In this document: in pieces, positions 1 through 15,300 of the stretch
Layout: every line of letters starts with the position of its first letter
Position numbering within the stretch: the stretch's first letter is position 1
Origin: the human T2T-CHM13v2.0 reference genome, Homo sapiens
Length of the DNA: 64,000 bases
Assembly: GCF_009914755.1 (NCBI RefSeq)
Contig: NC_060930.1
Direction: 5' to 3' (one strand)
Made by a program: the position numbers and the translations under genes
The notes under the pieces: model-generated
What the model saw: the letters and a program-made list of their open reading frames with translations, nothing else
Told to the model about the DNA's origin: nothing
Databases searched by the model: none

Positions 1-824
1 AAAGCATATTCATGGCAGAATGATAAAAGTCCAGTAAATCTAGCTTAACCTGCAAATAGCTCTTTTGAAATATTTTACTCATAATCATAGTAGTTGTAAG
101 AAACTGTCCTACAATATCTAAGAATTGACAACTAATCAGATTCACATTTGAAACTTTTAATAAAAACTTATGAAGTATGTGGGATTTGGATAAAAGAAAG
201 CTGAGCTGAAAGCTAAGAGCCATGCCTATGCATAAACTGTTAGTCATCAGTAGAGTCAAGTCTGTAGAGAAAAGATGCAGCACAGTTAAAAAAAAATTTT
301 GACTAAGAAGAAAGAAGCATACATACAGAGAAGAGAAGAAAATACTTTCTAGCACCTTCTCACATCAAACCACAATGCTCCCGTGAGACCCCAGTGGTCT
401 TGATGCCTGTGAGCTTGCTACATCCCTAACGATTCTCATTCCATTGAGGGAGCTTGGATAGATTTTGTTCTTTGAAGCCAGAAGAAATATGAAAATAAGA
501 TGTTCACCAAAGGTCTCCACCAAACTATTTCTCTGCACACGCTTTGGAACCCTACAGCCCACTTTTGCAGCAAGAGCAGTGAAAAAACTGTCTATAGATA
601 AAATATCGGTTCATGAGGGGATAAATAATTTATGAAAATATTTCAAAAAGATGACAAAAATGGTAAATATACCTAACTATTGGTAATACTACCTCCCTAT
701 CTCTATTGTATCCTCACTTCCCTCTTCAGTTTATGCTATCTGAAATTCAGACTCAGACATTAATTTGAATTAGGAGTCATCATTTTAATGTTTCTAGAAA
801 TATTAACTGAGTTGTAACAAAGCA

Positions 825-1230
825 AATTGTCCTTCAGCATCCATTCTCACCTTTCTTTAAAGCTGGAACATAGACAGGCTAGAAAACACAGTTTCTTTTC
901 AGCTAGGGATGGATGTGATTCCAAGTTCCAACTAGTGACATGCAATCTAAAGGAATGTATGCAAATTCTGAGCCATATGCTTTAACAGGGAAAATGCCTG
1001 CGCTTCACCCAGAATAAGAAGGTGGTACCAGTGAGCCAGCCTCAAGTATGTGAGCAGGGAAAACATTTAGGGGTCTGTAGAGTGACGATATAGAATAAAC
1101 CAGATTCTTAGGTGATCTCGTGGATCATTAACGTGGATGGAGCCTTTCACCTCTAAAGCATTAGATGGAAGAGAAATAATCATCTTTCTTGAGCCACCAT
1201 ATTCTGGGCTGCCTCTGTTAAAAATCAAGC
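825..1230 (+). mobile_element. Old ERVL-MaLR/ERVL LTR remnant (MLT1J/K or LTR16-like)
   Basis: Diverged LTR-like motifs: cagctagggatggatgtga..., gagaaataatcatctttcttgagccaccatattctggg...ctgttaaaa. Confidence 0.45.
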
Positions 1231-1458
1231 AACTTGGTTCTTTGTTTTAATTATTTTCTCACTGAGTATAATTTTATATTTGCCAAATTTAAAAAATGAA
1301 TTTTAACTGGAATCATTTATATCACCAAGTATTTCCAGTTTTCAGACAGATCTCATCTCCCATCTAGAAATATGTTATGGAAGCCACATGCTATACACAG
1401 TTTTTGGATACATTTTAGTTTATAATTTAATCAAACTTGATAAGTGTACAGAATTTAA

Positions 1459-1816
<358 letters not shown>

Positions 1817-2060
1817 ACAAAAACATATTTTAAAAGTGAACAATATGATAATCATTATTTAAGATTTATGTCATGGCAATAAAATTAACAATAATTGAAA
1901 ACACTGATATAACACATTAACCTCACAAGCAAAGTGGTAGATTCAAATTTAACTTCCTAACTCCAGAAGCCATCCTCTTAATTAACACCCTCTGTCTCTG
2001 TTCCCTCTCACTTTACTAGGCTGCTTTGCAGCAACTTAGGTCTCTTTATGTCTACAAATA

Positions 2061-3034
2061 CGGTAGTCCTCCTTATCCTCAGGGAATGTGTTTCAAGACC
2101 TCTAGTGGATGCACGAAACTATGTAGTAGCTAACGCTCTATATAAAGTTGGCTTTTGTATCCATGAGTTCCATACCCATCAATTCAAGCAACCATGGACT
2201 GAAAATATTTGGAAAAAAAGGTAATAAAACAATAAAATAATACAAATTTTAAAATACAGTATAACAGTTATTTACATAACATTATATTAGGTTTATAAGT
2301 AATTTAGAGATGATTTAAAGTATATGGGAGGATGTGTGTAGGTTATATTCAAATACTATGCCATTTTGTGTAAGAGACTTGAGCATCTGCAGATTTTGGT
2401 ATTGTGGAGAATCCTGGACATGGGATGGGAATGACTGTACTAAGGTTTTTTTCTTTGCATACTATAATATTTAATTCATAAATTAGATACAGTAAGAGAT
2501 TAATGACAACAATAAAATAGAAGTAGAGCAATATGCTGTAAAAAAGTTATGTGGATGCAGTCTCTCTCTTTTTGTCTGAGAATATCTTACTGTACTGTAC
2601 ACATCTTACTTGTGATAATGTGAGATGATATAATACGTACACAGTGAGTTGAAATGAGGTTCATGATGTAAGTATTGTAATGTTAGGCAATTACTGACCT
2701 TCTGAAAATATGTCAGAAGGGGGATCATTGGCTCTGGGTGATCCGGGATCATCTGGCCATAACGATGTCTATGGTTGGATGTCAGAAAGAGATGATGTTG
2801 ATGCCCAGTGAGTGGGTAGTATAAACAAATGTATAAAGTGGACAAAGGGATTATTCATATCCTGGGTGATATAAAGCAGCATAGAGTGAAATTTCATCAC
2901 ACTATTCAGCATGGCGTGTAATTTAAAATTATGAATTGTTTATTTTTGGAAATTTAATTCAATATTTTTGGACTGCATTGACCACAGGTTATTGACACTG
3001 TGGAAAGTGAAACCTTGAAAAAGGAAGAACACTG
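2061..3034 (-). mobile_element. MER44 (TcMar-Tigger7 derived) DNA transposon, interrupted by MER2
   Basis: Termini ta|cggtagtcctccttatcc ... ggaagaacactg|ta; internal ggacaaagggattattca and gaaagtgaaacc motifs match MER44; TA target duplication. Confidence 0.82.
2145..2437 (+). mobile_element. MER2 (TcMar-Tigger) DNA transposon
   Basis: Starts ...gtatccatgagttccatacccatcaattcaagcaacc...gaaaatatttggaaaaaa; ends gacttgagcatctgcagattttggtatt...gactg|ta; flanked by TA. Confidence 0.85.
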
Positions 3035-3586
3035 TACCCTGTGAACTAGGTTCAGGAAGTGTAGTGACATATCCAAGGTCACACAATTTATGTCACATTG
3101 TCAGAATTGCAAAACCGTTGTTACTTTTTTATATTCCAATGTTCTATGGCATTTGAATTGCCAAATAAATGATACAGACAATAAGTAGAATCATTCAGGA
3201 AAGAAGAAAATTTCCTCAAATAAATGGTCATGTAAGGACTGAAATTAAATAAAACTATTTACACAAATGTTTAGAGCAACCAAGTCAAGAGGTTTGCTTT
3301 TTTTTTTCTTTCAAACAATAAATCATTCTGTATGATTCACTTTAGTGCCTGAGTATGTGGATATTCAAAAGTGATTGAAGAGATAGAGATAGGGTGTGAC
3401 ATACTTTACCTTTTAATTGATTCTCTCTTATTATTTCTGCTTCATATTTTCATATTGTCTCCTGTAAAGTGGAGATAATAATATGGATTTGACATTGATT
3501 ACCACTTTAGATTATGAAATGTTCCAAATATCAAATGTGGTATAAGTATTAAAATGTGCATTAAAAGAATCTGTCTCTCTCTTTTC

Positions 3587-3860
3587 ATATATATAATATA
3601 TATATTATATATATCGTAAGTCAATTTCTGCATTTAACATAATATTTACAAATTTCTTAGTAAAGCCCCTACCCTTTCCTCACAAAGGTGACTAGGAAAA
3701 AATATATATATATATAATTTATAAATATTTATTTATATAATTTATTTACAGGTGTATATACGAATTATATATGCATGTAAACTATTTATATATAATTACA
3801 TGTATAAACAAATGTATATATAATTTGGTTCTATATGCATGAATCCAGATATATGTAATT
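3587..3860. repeat. TA-rich low-complexity region
   Basis: Multiple (TA)n runs and near-pure A/T stretches. Confidence 0.75.
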
Positions 3861-4188
3861 ATGGAAGTTTGCAGAGTTAACAAAATTGTAATGTGTGAAA
3901 CTGAAATTTATAGGAAATTATGTAGGCTAATATATAACAGTATTCCACAGATATCTTGGAAAGGAACAAAAGGATACAAAGAAAACCTGTTTTCATTCTA
4001 TGAATATCATCTTACTATCTCATATTCATTATAAACACAGGAACTTAAATCAGGAAAATATTTTTCCCCTATAATGTAAGCAAAATAGTAATTTATTTTA
4101 TTTTTCCCAAACACCTGGACATTAATTGATAATTTAAAAATCTTTAAGTGTTTTTCTATATTTTAGCCTTAATTTTTCCTGCAATTAA

Positions 4189-5806
<1,618 letters not shown>

Positions 5807-7349
5807 GTTATCTGACAATAGAATATTTTACCAAAAAGTAAAATTTATAATCTTACTTTGCAGAGCATGTACATATTTGTGTTTTTATAATTAACTTGTG
5901 TATTATTATTTTCAAATAAATAATTTTAAATAAATATTAAGATATAATGCTGTTTCCAGAGTGATCTATACAATTCCAGTAATTTATCTAAACCTTAAAT
6001 AAAACATCTTGTTACTGAATATAATAAATTATAACATAGCAAAATAAGAAATTCCATGGCTGAAATATGACTTTATGAGTTGTATCTGCTGAGTCTTATC
6101 TTTCAGCAGAGTCAAAACAGCCAATATAGTTACTAGCATAAAAATTAGTTATCAGTTCTACATTTGATTTATGTTCCTTCTGACGCATTGGTTTAAATGA
6201 TTAATATAATTTGAACTCATGTAATAATATGGTAAAATTTTGATATTAAAGTATTTGCCTTCCAATACAGTGCATAGAAATTTAAATATTAAATTTAGCC
6301 TACTGCCTTGAATTTAGCAATAATCTAACTTGCTGAAACAGAAAAGTAGTGTAGATCAAAGCTGGCATATTGTATATAAATAATCAGAGAAAAACATTAC
6401 ATAAATGGAGGTAAAACAGTACAAAATGGAGGTAAAAATACAAATTTGTTTGTGACCACCCATAAGGTGCATTTACTTTATCCACTAAATAGATACGTTA
6501 TTAACAGTACTACTTTAATAAACCTATACACTGTCTTCAATAATTCATGTTATATGATGCTTACAATAATTATGAAAAGATCCAAGATGTAAAAAGTTAA
6601 TACATACATATTTACTGACTCAGATGTTTTCTCTATATTGTATTCAAAATTCAAAATAAGAAATTGTGCCATTCACTCATGTTATTTAAAATTCAAGTTG
6701 AAGAAGCATTAGGAAATCATACATTTACATAAGGAAAATAAAATCATAAAATGTAGGTAGAAGAGAAAAAATTATGTTCAAATTATGACTAAGGTTTTCC
6801 TAAGGGCTTAGAAAGAATAATCACTTAACAAAACATAACCAAACTGGAATAATGAATTGTAGTCATTACAAGAGGAAAAAGTTAAATTTTTAAGTATATC
6901 AGTCTCCTTACAATGTCATTGTTCTGAAATTTTATGTCCCAATTTAATAATAAAAGCTGTTTTATTTAGCAGACATGTCTGTAGTTCTTTTTGGGGAGCC
7001 TCCAAAATGGGTCATAAAATAACATGTTATGTAAAAAATTCCACCCTGTTGCAAATAAAACTATGAAAGCTCCAGTTAAGAGGAAAAAAAATACAGAATA
7101 CCTGGAATATTTTTAAGTGCTTTCTGAACAGAGATTATATGAGCTCTCCACTTACCTATATTTGCAGAAAATGTAATTAAATAGAATATTTGTAAATTTT
7201 TATTGAACTCAATCTAAAAAATGCTTCCCTCTCTCTCATACATATAAGTGTATATATACACACATGTATGTACATACACATATGTACATACATACATACA
7301 TATATACAGAGAGAGAGGGTGTATACATATTCTTTCTCTCTTCATAATA

Positions 7350-7470
7350 CGCATATTCCCTAATATGTGCTAGGGATTTTATTTGTCACTGTGTTTAATC
7401 TTTAAACAACTATTTAATGTAAATACAATTATTCTAACTTTTATGTATTTATAACCAAAGGTCTGCTTTA
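7350..7470 (-). mobile_element. MIR fragment
   Basis: Diverged MIR-like tttaatctttaaacaactatttaatgtaaatacaattattctaacttttatg. Confidence 0.4.
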
Positions 7471-7499
7471 AGAGATTTCATATTAAAACCCTCACTTTG

Positions 7500-7710
7500 A
7501 CTAGTGTGATTTAGTAGAAAACACATGGGTCCTGGAAACAGAGTAGAACATGGCTTTAGTTCCTGGTGACAATTGTTCAATTGTTTGCCTAAGTATCCTT
7601 TTGGACTAGTGAGTTAACATCTTGGGATGTATTTTTCTTAACTGCAAAATGGAGGTAAAAATACTCAACTTACATGCATAATTATTATTAGGATTAGATT
7701 CAACAATACC
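7500..7710 (+). mobile_element. MIR SINE
   Basis: gtgtgatttagtagaaaacacatgggtcctgga...gagttaacatc...ctgcaaaatggaggtaaaaatac. Confidence 0.6.
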
Positions 7711-9746
7711 CACTTCCTTCCATATGGTATTAACCCAATAAACAGTTATGTTATTATCATTGCATTATTTTATAATTACCAATAACCAGTATGTATATGC
7801 TATCCACTTCATTAAAAGAAGTATACACATACACTTATATGCATATATGTCTCTTTTTAGAAAATAAAGTCATTTTAAATAATTCACTAATTTGATCTAC
7901 CTTATTTAAATATTAATTTTTATAAAAAGTCTAGTAAATACTTTCATATTTATTTAGTACATACATTTCTAAACAGCTGTATCTTTTATAATAAATTATA
8001 TAATTTGTTTAATCTTGGCCTTTATAGTAAAAGTATAACAAATCAATTGCTTGAAGAGAGAACTGACAAAAGTAAACTGATTTAAAATTTTCTCCCTTTT
8101 TAATAAATTTAACTTTCTACATTATTTTATAATAAAAAATGTGATTGTGAAGAGATTAAAATATGTTTAAATTCACTTACCTCATTTCATATTGACAGAA
8201 GTGTCAAGATTTCCATGAATATAAGTTTAAATTCAACCTACTAATATAAATATGATCAGAACATTCGTTATATATGCCTGCCTAAATAAACATATACTCT
8301 TCATAGCTGCAACATTCATTTTGATATTAATTTGTTATATTCCTTAAGGTGTTCATTTCAAATGTAGAAGATCAAAGGATTTAAAATAGTTCTCTTGTGT
8401 CATCTGGTACAATTTTAAAGATGTAGATGGCAAAGTTAATTCAGAAATCTCATTATAAAAGAACAGTTACAACTGTTCTATGTCCATTTATCACTGCAGA
8501 TTGTAGTTAGAAAGAAATAGAATTGTGTAAAATGAATACAAGTGAGAAGATAAAAGACTAAAAGTCTCCATGCAGTATAAAGACATAAGGTCCAAAATTC
8601 TGTTGCAATCTTCATGTTTTTATGAAACTTCAGAATGTCTAATTGATTTCATTTTCTTCTCAACCAGAAGTACAGCATCTATTCACGTAGGGATTTGACA
8701 TGCCCTTTCTAAAATCAGGCACAATATTTTTAATTTTTCAATAAGACACTATTATATTAATTTTAGGAGCAATGTTTGTATGAACCAAATATTTTGACCA
8801 TAATCATTGTCAAGGAAATTTAGAGGGATGGTAAACCAGAAGATTAATGTTTGTGGTTTCACTCTGCTTAGAATTCATGCTTTCAAATTCTGGATTTGCA
8901 CACCAAATGGATGTGCATATCAAATTTGCATTTAAATAGTACAGGCCATGCAATAACCAGATGTAAATATTGTAAAAAACAAAACTTAAAAAAAAACTTG
9001 TATATCTGACATATTCCTTCTTTAAGAGTCTCTTTTTATTATCTGGCAGAAGAGAAAATGAAAAAAAAAAATGACTATCCTGTGGACACTTTCTAGATTC
9101 TCCTGTGAGGCATAGAATCTAATTATATTGTCATTTCCCTCCTGACAGATCTGGCCTGTGTGCCATCATTATGATACTGCTCTCTGTAAACCACCAGTTC
9201 AATAACATGATTTGCCTCACTAATGTTTGTCTATTTCTGTTAATTTGTGATAAACGTGAGGGTGATGGTGTGTTTCAGGGTGAATTCATTATGACAATGT
9301 CTGGTAGCAAGTTGTAGAAATTTAAAACATGAATTTAGATGAATCCTCATTTAATGAATTCATGATTTTTTTAAATGTCCAGTGTAACACATCTATATAC
9401 ACAAAGCTGTAAAATACTGACTGCTATGGAATCAATTCTTTTTTTTATTTTTTAATTTCAATTGTCTTATTACTATATTTTTTTATTTTAAAGCTTGAAT
9501 AATGTTGTCTGATTTCTAGTTCCATTAACAAATCAAGAATAGATTCAAATGGAAAGAAAAGGAAGTGGGAAAATACGTATTTGAATTTTTTGTTTCTCAA
9601 CAAAATTACTTAAACCTATTTGTAAAAAAAGATGTAAAAATATCTGAGAGAGGACATGTAAATTTATTTCTTCAAAAATAGTCTACATTTTCCTTTTATT
9701 CTTGGTGATTTTTTAAAGGGCTGACTTCTTTCTAAAAGAAAAATAA

Positions 9747-10042
9747 GGCTGGGCACGGTGGCTCATGCCTGTAATCTCAGCACTTTGGGAGGCTGTGGCA
9801 GGTGGATCCCGAGGTCAGGAGATTGAGACCATACTGGCTAACATGGTGAAACCCCGTCTCTACTAAAAATACAAAAAAATTAGCCTGGCATGGTGGCATG
9901 CACCTGTAGTCCCAGCTACTCGGGAGGCTGAGGCAGGAGAATGGCATGAACCCGGGAGGCGGAGCTTACAGTGCAGCCGAGATCGCACCACTGCACTCCA
10001 GCCTGGGCAATAGAGCGAGACTCCATCTCAAAAAAAAAAAAA
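9747..10042 (+). mobile_element. Alu SINE, AluY/AluSc8-type, full length
   Basis: ggctgggcacggtggctca...gaggtcaggagattgagaccatactggctaac...gaatggcatgaacccgggaggcggagctt; A tail. Confidence 0.95.
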
Positions 10043-10619
10043 TTAATTAATTAAAAAATATTGAAACATCATAAATATAGTGACATTTCCATAGACTATA
10101 AAGAGCATATTTTCCATGCAGGTAATGTACATATCAGCAAAACAAACAATCATTTCCTAAATTAATTCACTTTGGCGGTAAATTACCTGATTTTTTTTAT
10201 CACAAATTGTCACTTATTTACATTAGTTGCCATTATTTTTGACAGCCTGTGTTTGAACCAATAGCTCAAATGCAAATCACAGAACACAACCAAAACAAAC
10301 AAAATTTTAAAACAGGCCTGCAAAGAGTAGCAAAATATTATATTAAAGTTTAACTTTAATATAAGGATAAACTTTAAATTTAATAAAGAATCCTAACATT
10401 GCATTTAGTATATATTTTTTCTAGACACATAATTTTTCTCATTCTAGCCACCAACGAGTTTTCCTTTTTAAAAAATGTTTCTATATATTTAAACTTGTCT
10501 AATTTAATGTTTTTATTTCAGTTTATTTTTGTCCCTTTAAATTTGCATTTACCCATACCAACTACTTAGAAATTTTCTAATTTTTAATCTAAACTTTCTT
10601 TTTTCCATGCCTAAAATGT

Positions 10620-11065
10620 ATGACATGATTATCATTATGCACATCTGGCTCATTCTTTGTAATGACTACGATAATTTTCAAAGAACACATTTTGCAAGAA
10701 TTTGTACTACCATTTTCTTGTTAATAGACTAGTTGCTTTCAAGCTTTGTCAATACATATTAATGCAGAAGTAAATATTTTTGTGTGTATATATCTTCAGA
10801 CACTGGTGCTACAGAGATTTCCAAAAGTAGAATATCCAGGTCAAAGAGTATTAAGGATAGTTAACATTTTTTTTTTTACCTGATCACTTTCCAGAAAGTT
10901 TGTAGCAATTTACACTCAGAAATGAGGTTGCTGTTTCCCTCTACGATCATCATCGAAAGTGATTATTTTTTAAATTGTCATAATCTTATGGTAAAAATTA
11001 TGTTACCTAAATGTCATCTAATTTACATTTCCCCTCATCACACTTAGGTTGAACATTATTTCATA
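10620..11065 (-). mobile_element. Old L1 (L1ME-like) fragment
   Basis: Diverged match to L1M 3' region (ctttccagaaagtttgtagcaatttacactc..., atttacatttcccc). Confidence 0.6.
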
Positions 11066-11879
11066 AGAATAGAGAGGCCACAGTTATTACTCATAACGTA
11101 TTTCAGAGGGAATATCAATTGCTGTAGTTAGCCTCCTGATCTCCCTTATGAGCATCCACTCAGTGGTGGAGGGTAAGAATGGGACATTTTTGTGTTTCCA
11201 TTGCTGACGTTGCTGTTGTTTTGCAGTGTGTGTGTGCAAATGTATCTGTATGTCTGTGTGTGTTTTCCAAATTTGGTAAACTCAGTCCCATGCAATACAT
11301 GAAAGAGTTCCTGTAGATGAACATTTCTGGTAAAAACACATAATCTTTGAAATCTTCATTCCTGTTCTTCTAAAGATGAAATCTAGAAATGTGAGGGAAG
11401 AGTGTGAACTATTGTTTCTTCATGGCAGTAGCAAAGGAAACGTGGTCTTCAGTTCTTACAGGAGCTCTAGTTCAGACAGTCTGGACAGCATCACCATTCT
11501 GCATGACTACCTTTGTCTCTCTACCAGTGCTTGCAGCTGGGGCCTCAGCAGTTGTAATCTATGCTAGTATCTCTCGCTGTACTAATAGAGCTTCACAACT
11601 GATAAGACTTTACAAGGGTTCTCCCTGGCACTATAGAACCTCTGAAGTTTCTGCCTTGTCCTTTATCCATAATTCAAACTCTGAAGTCCCTTTTGTTATC
11701 AAAGCAGGCCACATGGCAGGACTGCTCCCCTCAGCTAAGTTTGCTACAATATTTCTCCTTGAAGACTATAAGGGTTTATGGGTTCTACATATGTAGTACA
11801 GGAACTGAGAATGGCTCAGACAAAATGCACTCTGGTCTTTAACATTCCTCAAATTATTTTTTACACATCATTATCTTTT

Positions 11880-13738
11880 AATTTTTATTTTGACCTAATT
11901 TTAGATTTCAGATTATTAAAAAAATAGTAAAGAGTTTCTGTATGCACCTCACCCCACTCCCTTTAATGGTAGAATCTTACTTAACAATGGTACAATGATC
12001 AGAACTAGTAAATTAACATTGGTAAAATGCTATTAAGAAACTACTTCTCCATAATATTTACACTAATATCTTTTTTTTCTGTTCCAGGAACATATCCATG
12101 ATTGTACATTGCACTTATCTGTTATTTTTCTTGTCTCCTGTAGTTTGTAACCATTCCCAATATTCTTCAATCTTTCCTTGTTTTTCATGACCTTGACTCT
12201 TCTGAAAAGTATTGACCAGTTATTGTATATTCCTCAATACTTGTTTGATTTTTTACATATTTGTGTTGACGTTATGCATTATTTGCAAGAAACCCCATCA
12301 ATTATGTGTTCTCAGTAAATGACATCCTGGGGTTTATTTTGTCAATATTTGTTATTACCTGTAATGTTAGACTCTATTTGGTTTAGGTGATTAACCACTG
12401 TGTTTCTCCACTGCACTATATTTCTCCTTCATGTTAATAGATACCTTGGAGGAGTTAATTTAAAACAGAAATTCTGTTTCCTTTCAAGCTTTCACTTACT
12501 AATTTTAACATCCATTAATGGATCTTGTCTTCAACTGTTATTATTAATGGAGTTGCCTAATGGAGCTTCCCACTTCCTTCTTTCTTAATACATTTATTAA
12601 TTGGAATTCTATTATATGGATTAGCTATTCTTGTTGCCTCATTGGTTAATTTTTATATGTGTATTTTGTTCTTTATGTATATCAATATGGACTTCTGGAT
12701 GTTTATTTTAACCTGTGGGTTAAAATCCAGTACTATCAATGTTTATGTTGCTAGCTAAATTGTTCAAATTGTAGGCATTAGGAACCCCATCAGGTTTCCT
12801 CCTTTGTTCTTTAAACAAATCTCTATCTTTTATTTTGAGCATATCCTCACTTGTTGGCACCACAAGTTGTCCCAGGCTCACTTTCTATTCTCCTTGCTCT
12901 AAGACTGAGATCAAGAGATTAACCAAAGAGCTCTGGTATCTTTTATTGGGAATGATATTTACAAATCAAGATCCATAGGGTGGGTATGCTCATTACTATC
13001 TAGAGTGTTACCTCTTTAATCCCTCTCAGTGGACAGAGTTAGGAAACATGTATACACATATGCTTTGTATATAACACATAATTATATGTTGATAGAGAGA
13101 TAGATACCCATATATACTAGCTCATTAAATACACACAAATATCTAGCTGTGGTATCCATGAGTTATGCTAATCTCTTTATTCCAATCCAACACTACAGGG
13201 TGCGATTTATTCATTTGGACCTCCTGTCTTTATTTGTAATTTTATTCTAATAGTAAAAATTTCAATTTTTATCACACATTACAAATGTACTTTTTCAATT
13301 TCAGCATGCACACAAAATGATTTTGTAGTTGCTAATTTATGGCCCTGTGGAAAACATACTTACTGATTAGAGTGCAACATGTATGTATATTTTTATTTGT
13401 AGGCTGTCAGTATTAAGTCAAAACATGGTTTACAAAAGTTGCTTAGGTTATTTTTTCCCTCAATGCCGTTAAGTGTGGCTATATTATTTATTCGTTATTG
13501 TTTATATTACATTTTATTTTTTATTCACTTTTTTGGTTTTAATAATTTATATTTTAGGAATTTAATGTTTATGTGAAATAATGCAATATTTTGGAAGCTC
13601 AGAGATATACAAAGACGTACTCATAGATGTGTCACTACTTCTCATCTTGGATACCACATGTCTGTTTTCATTTTCTATTCACCTTCTCAACCTACTATAT
13701 ATAGGAAATAACTTCCTTAATTTATGCTTTATCTTTCC
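11880..13738 (-). mobile_element. Old L1 3' end (L1MC4/5-like)
   Basis: aaaatagtaaagagtttctgtatgcacctcacccc...gaactagtaaattaacattggt...ctgttccaggaacatatccatgatt; typical L1MC 3'UTR. Confidence 0.65.
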
Positions 13739-13940
13739 TGCTATGATCTAAATGTTTATGGAAATGTGTCTGTTGAAAGCTAACCCACAAGTTTATGGCA
13801 TTAATAGAGACAGCCTTTGGGGAGCTATGAGATCATGAGGACTCTGCTGTCATAAATGGGATTGATGCCCTTATCAAAGAGTCACTGGGGAGCCCTTTTG
13901 CCTTTCCACCATGTGAGGACACAGTAAAAAACTATCACCT
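13739..13940 (+). mobile_element. MLT1A0-like MaLR LTR, 5' half (3' half at 15682-15830)
   Basis: Starts tgctatgatctaaatg...; ends ccaccatgtgaggacacagtaaaaaactatcacct. Confidence 0.8.
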
Positions 13941-14155
13941 TCGAATCTCTCTGCCTTTGTTTTCTGCTTTTAAGGGCTCAGATAGTTACCTTGGGCCCAC
14001 CCAAGTACTCCAGAAAAATCTTCCTGCCTTAAGGTTTAACTGAGTCATAACCTTAATTACATATGCAAAGTCCTTTTCACCATGAAAGGTAACATATTCA
14101 TAGGTTGTAACACCAGGGGGCAAATGTTATTAGGACCAAAATTCTGCCTGCTACA
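13941..14155 (-). mobile_element. MLT1E/F/G-type MaLR LTR fragment
   Basis: taaccttaattacatatgcaaagtcc...aattctgcctgctaca (reverse complement of an MLT1 5' end). Confidence 0.7.
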
Positions 14156-14372
14156 AGAGGAGTATCCCACAGGGATAGCCTTCCTTCTCTTTTTACTCAT
14201 TTTCCAAATCTGTCAAGGTCCCAAGAGAACTCTAGCCTCTTCCAATTGCAGTCTGAAGTACCAGATGTTACCAGTTTTGCTCCTCTATCTGATTACAGAT
14301 GTGTGTGGAAGAGTGGGCTACTCTCTCTCACCACTGGCTCGGTGGGTGAAGAGGGGATGGAAGCACTGGGGG

Positions 14373-14691
14373 ATGAGAGGGGTTTCATGCAACATTGCTG
14401 GCTTGAAGATGGAAAGAACCACAAGCCAAATAATTTGGAACACCAGTCCCAGGTTCAGCGGCAAGGAACAGAATCGTACAATAAGCTGAATGAGCTTGGG
14501 TATGAATTCCTCCCCAGATCCTCCAGAAAAAGCATGCATATCTTCCAATACCTTGATTTTGGCTTATTAGACTCTGAGCAGGGAATAGAGCCATGCCATG
14601 CCAGTCTTCTCACTTACAGAACTATGAGATAATAATTGGGTGGTGGTGTATATCTGTGATAATTTGTTACATAACAATACAAAGCAAATAC
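14373..14691 (+). mobile_element. MLT1E-like MaLR LTR, 3' part
   Basis: ttgctggcttgaagatgg...ctgaatgagcttgg...ttacagaactatgagataataa...taatttgttacataacaata. Confidence 0.75.
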
Positions 14692-14833
14692 TAAATTTAG
14701 GTATTGAGGTTGTCACTTTATATGGTAAAAGGTAACAAAATAGACTAGAGACCTAAAATAATAGTCATATTCTACTCTTACTGCTTAAAACATTATCAGG
14801 ATCCAGAAAAAGTCCACATGGTAGAGATAATGC

Positions 14834-15006
14834 TGTGGTTTGCCAATGCATTCTCCTGCTGGGAACACATTTCCCAGTTGTTCACGCCACTAGGGTGGAA
14901 CAATGGGGCAGAGTTCTGGTCAAAGAAATGTAGGCAAAAACATTGAATGCACTTCTAGGTCTGGCCAGAAATTGTCCCACACAATCTTCCATTTTCTCTC
15001 TCTTCC
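14834..15006 (+). mobile_element. MLT1H/I/J-like LTR fragment
   Basis: acatttcccag...gagttctggtcaaagaaatgt...cacttctaggtctggcc. Confidence 0.55.
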
Positions 15007-15007
15007 T

Positions 15008-15300
15008 TGTTAGGGGCTGAATGTTTATTCCCCCCAAGTTCCTATTTTGAAATCCTAACCACCAATGTGATGGCATTTGGAGGTGGGACCTTTGGGAAGT
15101 GATTACATCATGGGAGTGGAGGCTTCGTGAATGGGATTAGTGTCCTTATAAAAGGACCCCAGAGATCTCTCTCATCTTCTCTTTCCACAATGTGAGAAGT
15201 CCACAACTTGGGAAAAGGGCCCTTGCCAGGACCCGACAGTTCTAACACCCTGATTTTGCAAGTCTAGCCTCCAGAACTGTGAGAAATAAATGTCTGTTCT
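15008..15300 (+). mobile_element. MLT1A-like MaLR LTR, cut shortly after its AATAAA
   Basis: tgttaggggctgaatg...gggattagtgtccttataaaagg...ctccagaactgtgagaaataaatgtctgttct. Confidence 0.82.

Noticed and set aside
8171-8295. Consensus minus-strand splice donor (AG|GTAAGT at 8181/8180)
   Set aside because: All frames from the candidate acceptors contain stops; a non-coding exon cannot be shown from sequence alone.
9329-9365. Imperfect hairpin catgaatt...aattcatg as a possible miRNA
   Set aside because: Too short and AT-rich for a pre-miRNA; no supporting family resemblance.
11404-11796. 130-aa ORF in unique DNA
   Set aside because: Non-ATG start, no recognisable domain or convincing exon structure; compatible with chance.
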